Shown in pieces: positions 55,098 through 64,000 of a DNA stretch of 64,000 bases. This DNA comes from an uncultured Gemmatimonadaceae bacterium. Its GTDB lineage: Bacteria; Gemmatimonadota; Gemmatimonadetes; Gemmatimonadales; Gemmatimonadaceae. Both the position numbers and the translations under genes were made by a program. The notes beneath the pieces were generated by a model, which saw only the letters and a program-made list of their open reading frames with translations, was not told the DNA's origin and did not search any database. The stretch spans positions 544,001 to 608,000 of the forward strand of contig CAWJMB010000002.1 in the NCBI GenBank assembly GCA_963843845.1, in the 5' to 3' direction. The stretch's first letter is position 1. Each line of letters begins with the position of its first letter.

Positions 55098-58000
55098 TCA
55101 ATCGCCCGCGACAGGCTCGGGCTGCCCCACGACCGGCCGCCCTGCCGGCACTCCCGTCCGGAACCTCGCCGTCACCCACGTCGCCGCGTCGTCGAGCAGG
55201 GTGTACATGACCGGCACCACGTACAGCGTCAGGATCGTCGACGTGATCAGCCCACCGATCACCGCGCGCGCCATCGGCGCCCGCTGCTCGGCGCCGGCAC
55301 CGATCGCGAGCGCGAGTGGGATCATGCCGAAGATCATGGCGATCGTCGTCATGATGATCGGGCGCAGCCGCTCGCGCGCCGCGGTGAGGATCGAGTCGCG
55401 CCGGTCGACCCCCTTCTCGCGCTCCTGGTTCGTGAAGTCGACGAGCAGAATGCCGTTCTTCGTCACGAGCCCCATGAGCATGATGATCCCGATCATGCTC
55501 ATGACGTTCAGGTTTCCCTTCGTGATGAGGAGCGCGAGCGCGACGCCGATGAACGACAGCGGGAGCGCGAACATGATCGCGAGCGGCTGCAGGAAGCTGC
55601 CGAACAGCGAGGCGAGAATGAGGTAGATGAACACGACGGCCAGCAGGATCGCCTCGAGCACGTACCCTTTCGTGTCGTTCAGATTCTGCACGTCGCCGCC
55701 GAACACCGCGTGGTAGCCGGGCGGCAGGCCTAACGAGTCGATCGCCGTCTTCACCCGGTCGGCGACGTCGCCCAGGCCGTAGCCGGGGAGCACGCCGGAG
55801 TTGATCGTGATCTGCCGCTCGAGCTGACGCCGCTCGATCTGCTGCGGGCCGACGCCGGCCTTGATGTCGGCGACCTGCGCGAGCGCGATCGTCCCCGGTG
55901 CGGTGGCGCCCGTCGCCGCCGTGAGGTTCGTCCCCGCCGTCGTCGTCGTCGCCGTGCCGCCGCCGGAGCGCGGCACCGGAATGTCGGCCACGTCCGCCTG
56001 CGATGCGCGGAGCGAGTCCGGGTAGACGACGATGACGTCGTGCTGATAGCCCTGCGGGTCCTCCCACCGCGTCGCACGCTGGCCGGAGAACAGCGGCTGC
56101 AGTGTCTGCCCGATCGAGCTGATGCTGACGCCGGCCGCCCACGCCTGCTGCCGGTCGACGTTCACGTCGAGCTGCGGGATGTCGCCCTCGTCGCTCGACG
56201 TCGGCTCGGCCGTTCCGGGGATGGCGCGCACGGCGTCGAGCACCTGCGCGGCGGCGATCTTGAGGCGCGACTGCTCGGGGCCCTGGATGTTGATGCGGAT
56301 CGGCGAGCCGCGCCCGCCGAAGATGCTCTGCGCGCCGTTCACCGACACGCGCGCGCCGGCGACGTTGCGGAGCCGCGCACGGAGCGCGTTCTGGATCTCC
56401 GTGATCGGACGGTCGCGCTCGTGCGCCGGCCGCAGCTTCACGAAGACGTTCCCGTTGTTCGGCGTGCCGCGGAAGCCGCCGCCGACGGTGAGGTACGTGA
56501 ACTCGACGTCCGGATCCCGCTTGATCTCGGCCACCACGGCGCGGGCGCGGTCGAGCGTGTAGCGAAGCGACGAGCCGGGCTGCGTGCGGACGGAGACCGA
56601 GTAATCGTCCCCGTTGAGGTCCGGCATCCAGGTGAAGCCGAGCCGCGGGATGATGATGAACGCCGCGATGACCGAGGCGGCGGCGGCGAGCATCACGACG
56701 AGCCGGTGATTGAGCGCCCAGCCCAACGACGGCGTGAATCGGTCGGCGCCGCGCTCGAAGCGGTCGTTGAACGCGAACGCGAACTTGCGAATCGGGTTCC
56801 GGGTCGCGCCGCCGCACCGCGTGTCCGCCTTCGACGTCCGGGTCGTGCCAGATGCTCGACAGCATCGGGTCGAGCGTGAACGACACGAACAGCGACACGA
56901 GCACCGCGAACGCCACCGTGACGCCGAACTGGAAGAAGATGCGCCCGATCATCCCGCCCATGAACGCGACGGGAACGAACACCGCGATCACCGCCATCGT
57001 CGTCGAGAAGACGGCGAGGCCGATCTCGCTCGTCCCCTCGCTCGCGGCGGTGTGGTGGTCTTTGCCGCTCTCGAGGTGCCGCACGATGTTCTCGCGCACG
57101 ACGATCGCGTCGTCGATCAGCAGCCCGATCGCGAGCGACAGCGCGAGCAGCGTCATCGTGTTCAGCGTGAAGCCGAAGATCCACATCCCGAAGAACGCGG
57201 AGATGACCGAGATCGGCAGCGCGAGCCCGGTGATGATCGTCGAGCGCCACGAGTTCAGGAACAGATAGATGATCGCGATCGTGAGGATCGCACCCAGCAG
57301 GATGCTCAGCTCGACGTCGGCGAGCGACTCGCGGATGCGCTGCGAGTCGTCGCGCGTGAGGCGCACCGTGATGTCGCTCGGGAGGCGGCGCTGCAGCTCC
57401 TCGATCGCGCCGCGCACCGAGTCGGCGACGGCGACGGTGTTCGCGCCGGAGAGCTTCTGCACGTCGACCGAGACGGCGGGATTGCCGTCGAGCTCCGCCG
57501 TCGCGCGCGGGTCGGCGACGCCGTCGATCACCGTGGCGACGTCGCCGACCGTCACCGCGACGCCGTTGCGCACGACGACGGGGATCGTGGCGAACGCCTT
57601 CGGGTCGGTGACACGCCCGGTGATGCGCACCAGCTGCTCGATGCTCCCGCGGTTGACGCGGCCCGCCGGGATCTCCTGGTTCTCGCGGTCGAGCACCGCC
57701 ATGACCTGCGGCGGCGAGATGCCGTAGGCGCGCATCGCCGCCGGGTCGAGCGTGACGCGGATCGTGCGCTGCGCGCCGCCGTTGCGCTGCACGCCGCCGA
57801 CGCCCGACACCGCCTCGAGGCGCGTCACGACCGACTCGTCGACGAGGTCCGTCAGCTCGCGCAGGCTGCGCTCGTTGCTCTGGATGGCGAGCGTGACGAT
57901 CGGCGACTCGTTCGGATCGAAGTTCTGGATGATCGGCTCTTCGATGTTCGGCGGGAGCTGCCGCCGGATGCGGGCGACCTTCGCCGCCACGTCCTGCCGC

Positions 58001-58311
58001 GCCGCCTGGATGTCGACGCCGAGGTTGAACTGCAGGCGGACCATCGAGGTCCCCTGGCTCGACGTGCTCGTCACCTCGTACGTCCCCGCCACGGTGTTCA
58101 CGGCCTCCTCGATCGGCCGCGAGACCTGCCGCTCCATCGTCTGCGGCGACGCGCCCGGGTAGGACGTGTTGATCATCACCGTCGGGTAGGCGATGTCCGG
58201 GTACTCGTCGATCGCGAGCCGCTGATAGCCGATGATGCCCAACACCACGAGGGTGAGCATCATCATCGTCGCGAAGACAGGGCGCTTGATGCTGACGTCG
58301 GAGATGAACAT
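55098..58311 (-). CDS. RND efflux permease (AcrB/HAE1 family); frameshift at about 56750-56820
   Basis: MFISDVSIKRPVFA, YPGASP, GLLIDDAIVVRENI, AVFVPVAFM, GLVTKNGILLVD, RLRPIIMTT. Confidence 0.93.
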
Positions 58312-58315
58312 GGCG

Positions 58316-59556
58316 CTACCTGCGTCCTCGCTGTTGTGGCGTCGGACTCGCGCTGCCATTGCCGCGCCGGTCCGCGTCGAGCACCTGCACCTTCATGCCG
58401 TTGCCGAGCGTGCCGACGTTGCCGGCGACGACGCGGTCGCCCTCGTCGAGCCCGTCGAGCACCTGCGCCGTTCCCGCCGCGTCGTCGACGATGCCGAGCT
58501 GCACGGTCTCGCGCGACAGCTTGTCGCCGTCGATGCGATAGACGAACGGCTTCGCGCCGGAATCCGGCGACTGGCGGATCGCCGTCGTCGGGATGAGCAG
58601 CGCGTCGCTCACCGTCCGAGCGACAACGCGGCCGGTGGCGAACGTGTTCCCCTTGAGCGCGCCGTTCGGGTTCGGGATCTGGACGTAGACGGTGATCGAC
58701 CGCGTCGTCGGGTCGACCGTCGGGCTCACCCGCGCGACCTTGCCGTCGAAGCGACGCCCGTCGGCGGTGAAGTGCACGAGCTGGCCCGGCCGGACCTCGC
58801 TGGCGAGGCGCGACGGCACCGCCGCGGCCAGCTCGAGCACGTCGCCGCGCACGACGGTGAACAGCGCCGTCCCGCGCGTCACGTGCTCGCCCGGCTCGGC
58901 CAGTCGCTTCTCGACGATCCCCGAGTTCGGCGACGTGACGCGGGTGTCGCGCGACGTGTTCGACGCCGACTGCACGCGCGCCTGCGCCGCCGCGACACGC
59001 GCGCGCGCCGCCTCGGCATCGTTCCGCGACATGCGCGCCTCGCGCTCGGCGATCGCTCCGGCCTTCAGCAGCTCGGCCGACTGCTGCGCGTTCCACTCGG
59101 CGGTCGACAGCATCGCTCTCGCGCTCGCCAGGTCCGCGTCGGCACTCGCGCGATCGCTGACCTGCGCGGTCGACTCGAAGCGAGCGAGCAGTTGCCCCGT
59201 GCCGACGCGCTGTCCTTCGCGCACGTACACGGCATCGAGGTCGCCTTCGATGCGGGCACGCACGTCGACCGACTCGATCGGCCGCAGATCGCCGGTGATC
59301 GGCACCGGTGCCTCGATCGCTCCCCGCGTCACGGTCGCGACGTCGCCCGACGCCAGCATGACCGTCGACGCGCCGCGGCGGGCACCGCCCGGCCCCCCCG
59401 CGCCGCCCGCCCCGCCGGCGGTGCCCCCCCTCCAGGACCTCCGCCACCAGGCGCGGCGGCCGCCGCGTCGGACGATTTGCCGCCCGAGCATGCGGCGAGG
59501 AGGCACAGCAGCGTCGCCGCCAGGGGCGGCATCGCGGCGAACGCGTTCGGTCTCAT
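58316..59556 (-). CDS. RND membrane-fusion (periplasmic adaptor) lipoprotein; frameshift at about 59430
   Basis: Lipobox LAAC; VRARIEG...VREGQRV..GQLLA, VSPTVDPTTR, GLDEGDRVV. Confidence 0.9.
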
Positions 59557-61025
59557 GGATTCTGCCCCGCGAGCGGGATCGGGTGGCCGAGCGAGCGGTC
59601 GAGCTCCGCGGCCGCGAGATAGACGTCATATGTGGCCCGCAGCGCGTTCGTCTGCGCGGTGAGCAGCGCGAACTGCGCGTCGGACACTTCGAGCGGCGTG
59701 CCGATGCCGCGCGCCTGCCGCAGCTCGGCCAGCCGGAACGCCTCTTCGGCCTGGCCGACGTTGGCGCGCTGCGACGCGACGAGCGCCGAGACGCGGCGCG
59801 CGTTCGCCCGCGCCTGCGCGACTTCGACCTGCACCCGCTCGCGCGTCTGCGCGAGCTGCACCTCGGCGATGCGCGCGTTCGCCTGCGCGAGATCGACGTT
59901 TCCCTTCGTGCGCAACCCGTCGAAGAACGGCCAGCTCACCTGGAGCGCGAACGACCGGTCGGCGAAGAACCCATTGTTCTGACACAGTCGCGTCGCCGCC
60001 GAACCGGCCGGACAGAACGCGTTCGACGTCTCGCCGAGGCGGAACGGGAACCCGGCCGTGGCGGGGAGCGCGAGGAAGCCGTTCGTGAACGAGAACGTGA
60101 CGGTCGGGAGATAGTCGGCCCGCGCCACGCGCACGGCAGCGGACCGCGCCCGCGCCAGCTCCTCCGACGCGCGCAACAGCCCGCGGTCGCCCGAGAGCGT
60201 GTCGGCGTCGATGCGCGCGAGCACGCCGAGCACGGCGGCCGAGTCGGTCGGCAGCGTGGTGGTGAGGCGGATCGGCTGCGTCATCGGCACGTTCAGCAGC
60301 CGCCGCAGCTCCAGGTACGCGTTGTCGCGGTCGTTGCGCGCCTGGATCAGCAGCGGCTCGAGATTCGTGCGCTCGACGCGGACACGGAGCACGTCGTACC
60401 GGGCCGCACGGCCGGCGCGCTCGAGCTGCTCGCTCTGCGCGACGCGCTGGTCGGAGAGCGCGAGGTTGCGCTCCTGGATCGTGACGAGCCCCTCGGCGGC
60501 GAGCGCGGTGAGATAGGCGCGCTGCACGTCGACGGTGACCTGGGCGCGCGTCTCGGCGATCGTGAAGCGGGTGCTCGCCTGGGTGCGGCGCGCGGCCTGG
60601 ATGCCGGCGACCGCCCGCCCGCCCTGAAACAGCGGGACCGACGCGTTGACGTTCCCGACGTACGTGTACGCCTGGCCGAACACCGACCCGACGATGGTCG
60701 CGCGCGCGTTCTCGAGCACCTGCGTGTAGCCGCCGTTGAAGCGCAGCTGCGGCAGCATGGTCGAGCGCGCGACGGTCAACTGCGCGCCGGTCGCGTCTTC
60801 CTGCGCATCGACGAGCCGGACCTCGTCGCCGACGGCGAGCACACGCGCGACGGCGTCAGGGAGGGCGACGAGCACGGTGTCGCCGCGCGTCGGAAAGGAC
60901 GGGGCGGGCTGAGCGCCCGCACGGGCGGCGGCCGCCGGAACGGCGAGCGCGAGCGCGGCGGCGAATCGGGCCAAGAACGACGGAACGCGCCAGTGCGGCG
61001 CGCCCGGAAAACACTGCGGTGGCAT
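59553..61025 (-). CDS. TolC-family outer membrane efflux protein
   Basis: Signal peptide; PLFQGG...AY; WPFFDG...G.GT.LEVSDAQ; first gene of the RND operon. Confidence 0.9.
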   Translation of the reverse strand: MPPQCFPGAPHWRVPSFLARFAAALALAVPAAAARAGAQPAPSFPTRGDTVLVALPDAVARVLAVGDEVRLVDAQEDATGAQLTVARSTMLPQLRFNGGYTQVLENARATIVGSVFGQAYTYVGNVNASVPLFQGGRAVAGIQAARRTQASTRFTIAETRAQVTVDVQRAYLTALAAEGLVTIQERNLALSDQRVAQSEQLERAGRAARYDVLRVRVERTNLEPLLIQARNDRDNAYLELRRLLNVPMTQPIRLTTTLPTDSAAVLGVLARIDADTLSGDRGLLRASEELARARSAAVRVARADYLPTVTFSFTNGFLALPATAGFPFRLGETSNAFCPAGSAATRLCQNNGFFADRSFALQVSWPFFDGLRTKGNVDLAQANARIAEVQLAQTRERVQVEVAQARANARRVSALVASQRANVGQAEEAFRLAELRQARGIGTPLEVSDAQFALLTAQTNALRATYDVYLAAAELDRSLGHPIPLAGQNP

Positions 61026-61200
61026 ACGGAGCTATACGTCGTCGGGAAGGGGAACGTTCAATGCGGCGTTCTGGTGCCGCTGACTGCGGGGCCGGTGCGG
61101 CGGGGTCGGTGCGGCGGGGACGATACCCCGTGACCACGCCGTCGATGAGGCGCGGTCGAGACGGCGCCGCCGATGAGGCGTGGGACGGGCAATGAACAGC

Positions 61201-61235
61201 ATGGCCTGGCTCTCAGTCACGAGAGACCAGGCCAT
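61201..61235. terminator. Hairpin in the 350-bp region between the HD-GYP gene and tolC
   Basis: ATGGCCTGG-CTCTC/GAGAG-ACCAGGCCAT stem. Confidence 0.45.
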
Positions 61236-61375
61236 TCCGTTTACTCACGTCCGAATCCACGCCGTTTCGCCAGCGCGGGACCGGCAGCGCCGGATCGCCC
61301 GCGTCGTCACGGTTCACCGTCCCCGCCGTTCCGTCCCCGCCGTTCCGTCCCCGCCGTGATCAGCCGACAGCGCGC

Positions 61376-62470
61376 TCACTCGAGAAACGTCAACGTCTGC
61401 CCCCGCTCGATCACCGCCTTCAACGCATCGAACACCGTCGGATCGAGCAGCGACCCCCGCAGCGTCGCGAGATGCGTCAGCGCCTGCTCGGGGGTCATCG
61501 CCCCGCGATACGCCCGCGCCGACGTCACCGCTTCGTACGCATCCGCCGCTGCGAGAATGCGCCCGCCGATCGAGATCTCGTCGCCGACCAGGCCGCGCGG
61601 ATAGCCGCGTCCGTCCCACCGCTCGTGGTGATCGCCGACGTAGTCGAGCACGTGCCCGAGATGGCGAAGCGGACGCAGGATGTCGAGGCCGATGCGCACG
61701 TGCTCCTTGACCTGCGCGTACTCCTCCGGCGTCAGCGCGCTCGGCTTGCCGAGCACCACGTCGCTGATGCCGATCTTGCCGACGTCGTGCAGCCGGCCGG
61801 CGAGCCGCACGTCGTCGACGGCGCGCTCGGCGAGCCCCAGGTGGTCGGCGATCGACGCGGCGAGGTCCGCCACGCGGGCCGAGGTGCCGCGGAACGCGGC
61901 GTCCTTCGTCTCCATCGCCGTCACGAGCGCGTCGGCCATCTGAATGCTGACGTCGCGCAGCGCGTCCGGGTCGACCTCTGGGGGGGTGGGGAGGGATCGG
62001 GGATCGGGGTGTGACCACGCAGACCGATCCTCGATCCCCGATCCCCGAGCCCCGGCCGTTTCCCGCCGCCGCCGCGCTCCCCGCTCGCCCAGCACCCGCT
62101 CGACCGCCTGCAGCAGCACCGCCAGCTCGACCGGCTTCACGAGGTAGTCGGCGGCACCCTGCGTCAACGCGGTGCGCGCCGTCGCGGCGTCGTTCGCAGC
62201 GCTCAGCATGATGATCGCGAGCTCGGGGTCGAGCGCGCGTGCCTGCGGCACGACGTCGAGACCGCTCACGCCGGGCATGCGCACGTCGCAGAGCATGAGT
62301 GCGTAGCTCCCCGGCGTGATCGCGTCGAGCGCGCTCTGTCCGGAGCCGACCGCGTGCACCTCGTAGCCCCGCGCGCGCAGAAAGCGGCCGAGCGCGAGGC
62401 GGATCGTCTCCTCGTCGTCGACGACGAGGATGCGGACCGGGGGGGCCGGGGGTGCGGTGTCGCTACTCAC
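61376..62470 (-). CDS. Response regulator with HD-GYP c-di-GMP phosphodiesterase domain (RpfG-like)
   Basis: ILVVDDE receiver; LHDVGKIG, HHERWDGRGYP, RILAAADAYEA. Confidence 0.92.
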   Translation of the reverse strand: MSSDTAPPAPPVRILVVDDEETIRLALGRFLRARGYEVHAVGSGQSALDAITPGSYALMLCDVRMPGVSGLDVVPQARALDPELAIIMLSAANDAATARTALTQGAADYLVKPVELAVLLQAVERVLGERGARRRRETAGARGSGIEDRSAWSHPDPRSLPTPPEVDPDALRDVSIQMADALVTAMETKDAAFRGTSARVADLAASIADHLGLAERAVDDVRLAGRLHDVGKIGISDVVLGKPSALTPEEYAQVKEHVRIGLDILRPLRHLGHVLDYVGDHHERWDGRGYPRGLVGDEISIGGRILAAADAYEAVTSARAYRGAMTPEQALTHLATLRGSLLDPTVFDALKAVIERGQTLTFLE

Positions 62471-62486
62471 AGGCAGTGGCGTCGAG

Positions 62487-64000
62487 TCACGAGAGAGCGA
62501 CGAATGCGCGCGGAAGCCGGTCACCAGGGGGCACGTCCGCCGCCGCGCGACGCCCGGGGAGCGCCGGGAGCGCCGGGAGCGCCGGGAGCGCGATCTCGAG
62601 CGTCGCGCCGCGGCCTGGCTCGCTCGTGGCGCGCAGCTCGCCGCCGTGCGATTGCACGATGCCGTAGCTCACGCTGAGACCGAGCCCCGTCCCCTCGCCG
62701 GCCGCCTTCGTCGTGAAGAACGGCTCGAAGATGCGCGGCAGCACGTCCGGCGCGATGCCGCGCCCGCTGTCGGCGATCGCGATCACGACGCGCCCGCCGG
62801 CGCCGGGAATGCCGTCGACGCGCGTCGTCACGTCGATCCGCTTCGCCGCCGCGTCGCGCAGCGCGTGCTCGGCGTTCATGACGACGTTGAGGACGACCTG
62901 CTGCAGCTTCGCGTCGTCGCCGAGGACCGCGGGGAGGTGCGGCGCGCGGACGACGCGCAGCTCGACGCCGGCGACGCGGAGCGCGTACGCGCGCAGCCGC
63001 AGCGTGCGCTCGACGAGATCGTTCGCGTCGAGCGGCGCCGTAGCTCGGCTCGGTCGTGCGCGAGAACGCGAGCAGGTCGCGCACGACGCCGATCGCGCGG
63101 TCGGACTCGCGCTTGATGAGCCGCACGCTCTCGCGCTGGTCGTCGCTCAGCGCGTCCTCGAGCAGGAGCTCGGCGAACGCGGAGACGCCGGTGAGCGGGT
63201 TGTTGATCTCGTGCGCGACGCCGGCGACGAGCTCGCCCAGCGCGGCCATCTTCTCCGCCTGCCGCAACTGCTCGGTCACCTGCCGCTCGTCGACGAGCCG
63301 GCGCCCGCGCTCCGCGGCGAGCAGCATCGCGTCGAGGGCGAGCGCCGCCGAGTCGGCGATCGCGACGAGCGTCTCCTGGTGCGCCGGATCGAGCGGCTGG
63401 CCGAGTGGCGTCGTGACGGCGAGGTCGCCGACGACGCGTCCGCGGGCGACGAGCGGCAGCAGCACCGCCGACGCCGCGACCGCCGGATGACGCGCCGCCT
63501 CCGGACACCACGCTGGGGTGACGAGCCGGCGCAGGTCCTCGACGCTCACCAGCGCCATGCGCCCGTCGGGCGCGAGCGCGAGCGGCGCCGCGCGCGGTGC
63601 GCAGATGCCGCGGAGAAAGGCGATCGTGCCGGTCGCCGCCACACAGTCGATCGCCTGTGCCGTCGGCCGAGGGGCACGGCCGCTCACGACGTCGCTCGGC
63701 ACGCTGAGCGCCTTGCCGCTCGACGGCACGAGCTGGTCGAGCACGTCGAGGATCGCCGCGGCGCCGGCGGCGAGCGGGGGCGCGCTGAGCGCGAGACGCG
63801 CCAGCCCGGTCGTCGCGGTGGCGACGGCGCGGTCGTGCGCGAGCCCGACCGCTGCCGCGTCGTGGCGCGCCGGCCGTGCGTCGTGCGCGGGCGCGTGCGG
63901 TTCGGGCGTGTCGCGTGCAGGCGACCCGGGCGCGCGCGGAACGGTCGCCGTGTCGGGTCGCACCCCCAGCACGAACAGTCCGTGTGCCGCGAGGCGCTCG
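62487..64000 (-). CDS. GAF sensor histidine kinase; frameshift at about 63030; 5' end outside the window
   Basis: QAEKMAALGELVAGVAHEINNPL; QQVVLNVVMNA; DSGRGI..IFEPFFTTK..GEGTGLGL; reading frame open to the window edge. Confidence 0.88.

Noticed and set aside
61026..61375. Possible riboswitch or leader peptide upstream of tolC
   Set aside because: Hairpins and short direct repeats are present, but I recognise no aptamer consensus; an Rfam/Infernal scan would decide.

Overview
High-GC bacterial chromosomal window. The gene content (ECF sigma/Ser-Thr kinase pairs, LPS heptosyltransferase, TolC-RND pump, lineage-type hypothetical proteins) suggests Gemmatimonadota; this is an inference. The sequence looks like a long-read consensus with many single-base indels, densest at about 33.7-39.7 kb. 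The main accessory feature is a complete type I-E CRISPR-Cas locus at about 4.8-16.6 kb: cas3-cas8e-cas11-cas7-cas5-cas6e-cas1-cas2, a leader, and 44 repeats with 43 spacers. It is flanked by a divergent OB-HD (YhaM-like) nuclease gene and a decayed serine hydrolase. The rest is housekeeping, signalling and transport genes. The most unusual signals are: (1) a non-palindromic motif, (C)GTTAGGC, with at least 23 copies, mostly written into genes as the rare codon pair TTA-GGC; (2) a 15-bp perfect inverted copy of the cas3 start region (extendable with mismatches to about 34 bp) directly upstream of cas8e; (3) a low-GC swapped-in cas8e segment with a small duplication at its junction; (4) two spacers that resemble the CRISPR repeat itself; (5) a HAD-phosphatase/deaminase fusion, a chromosomal RepA-like gene, and a bipolar acidic/histone-H1-like protein.
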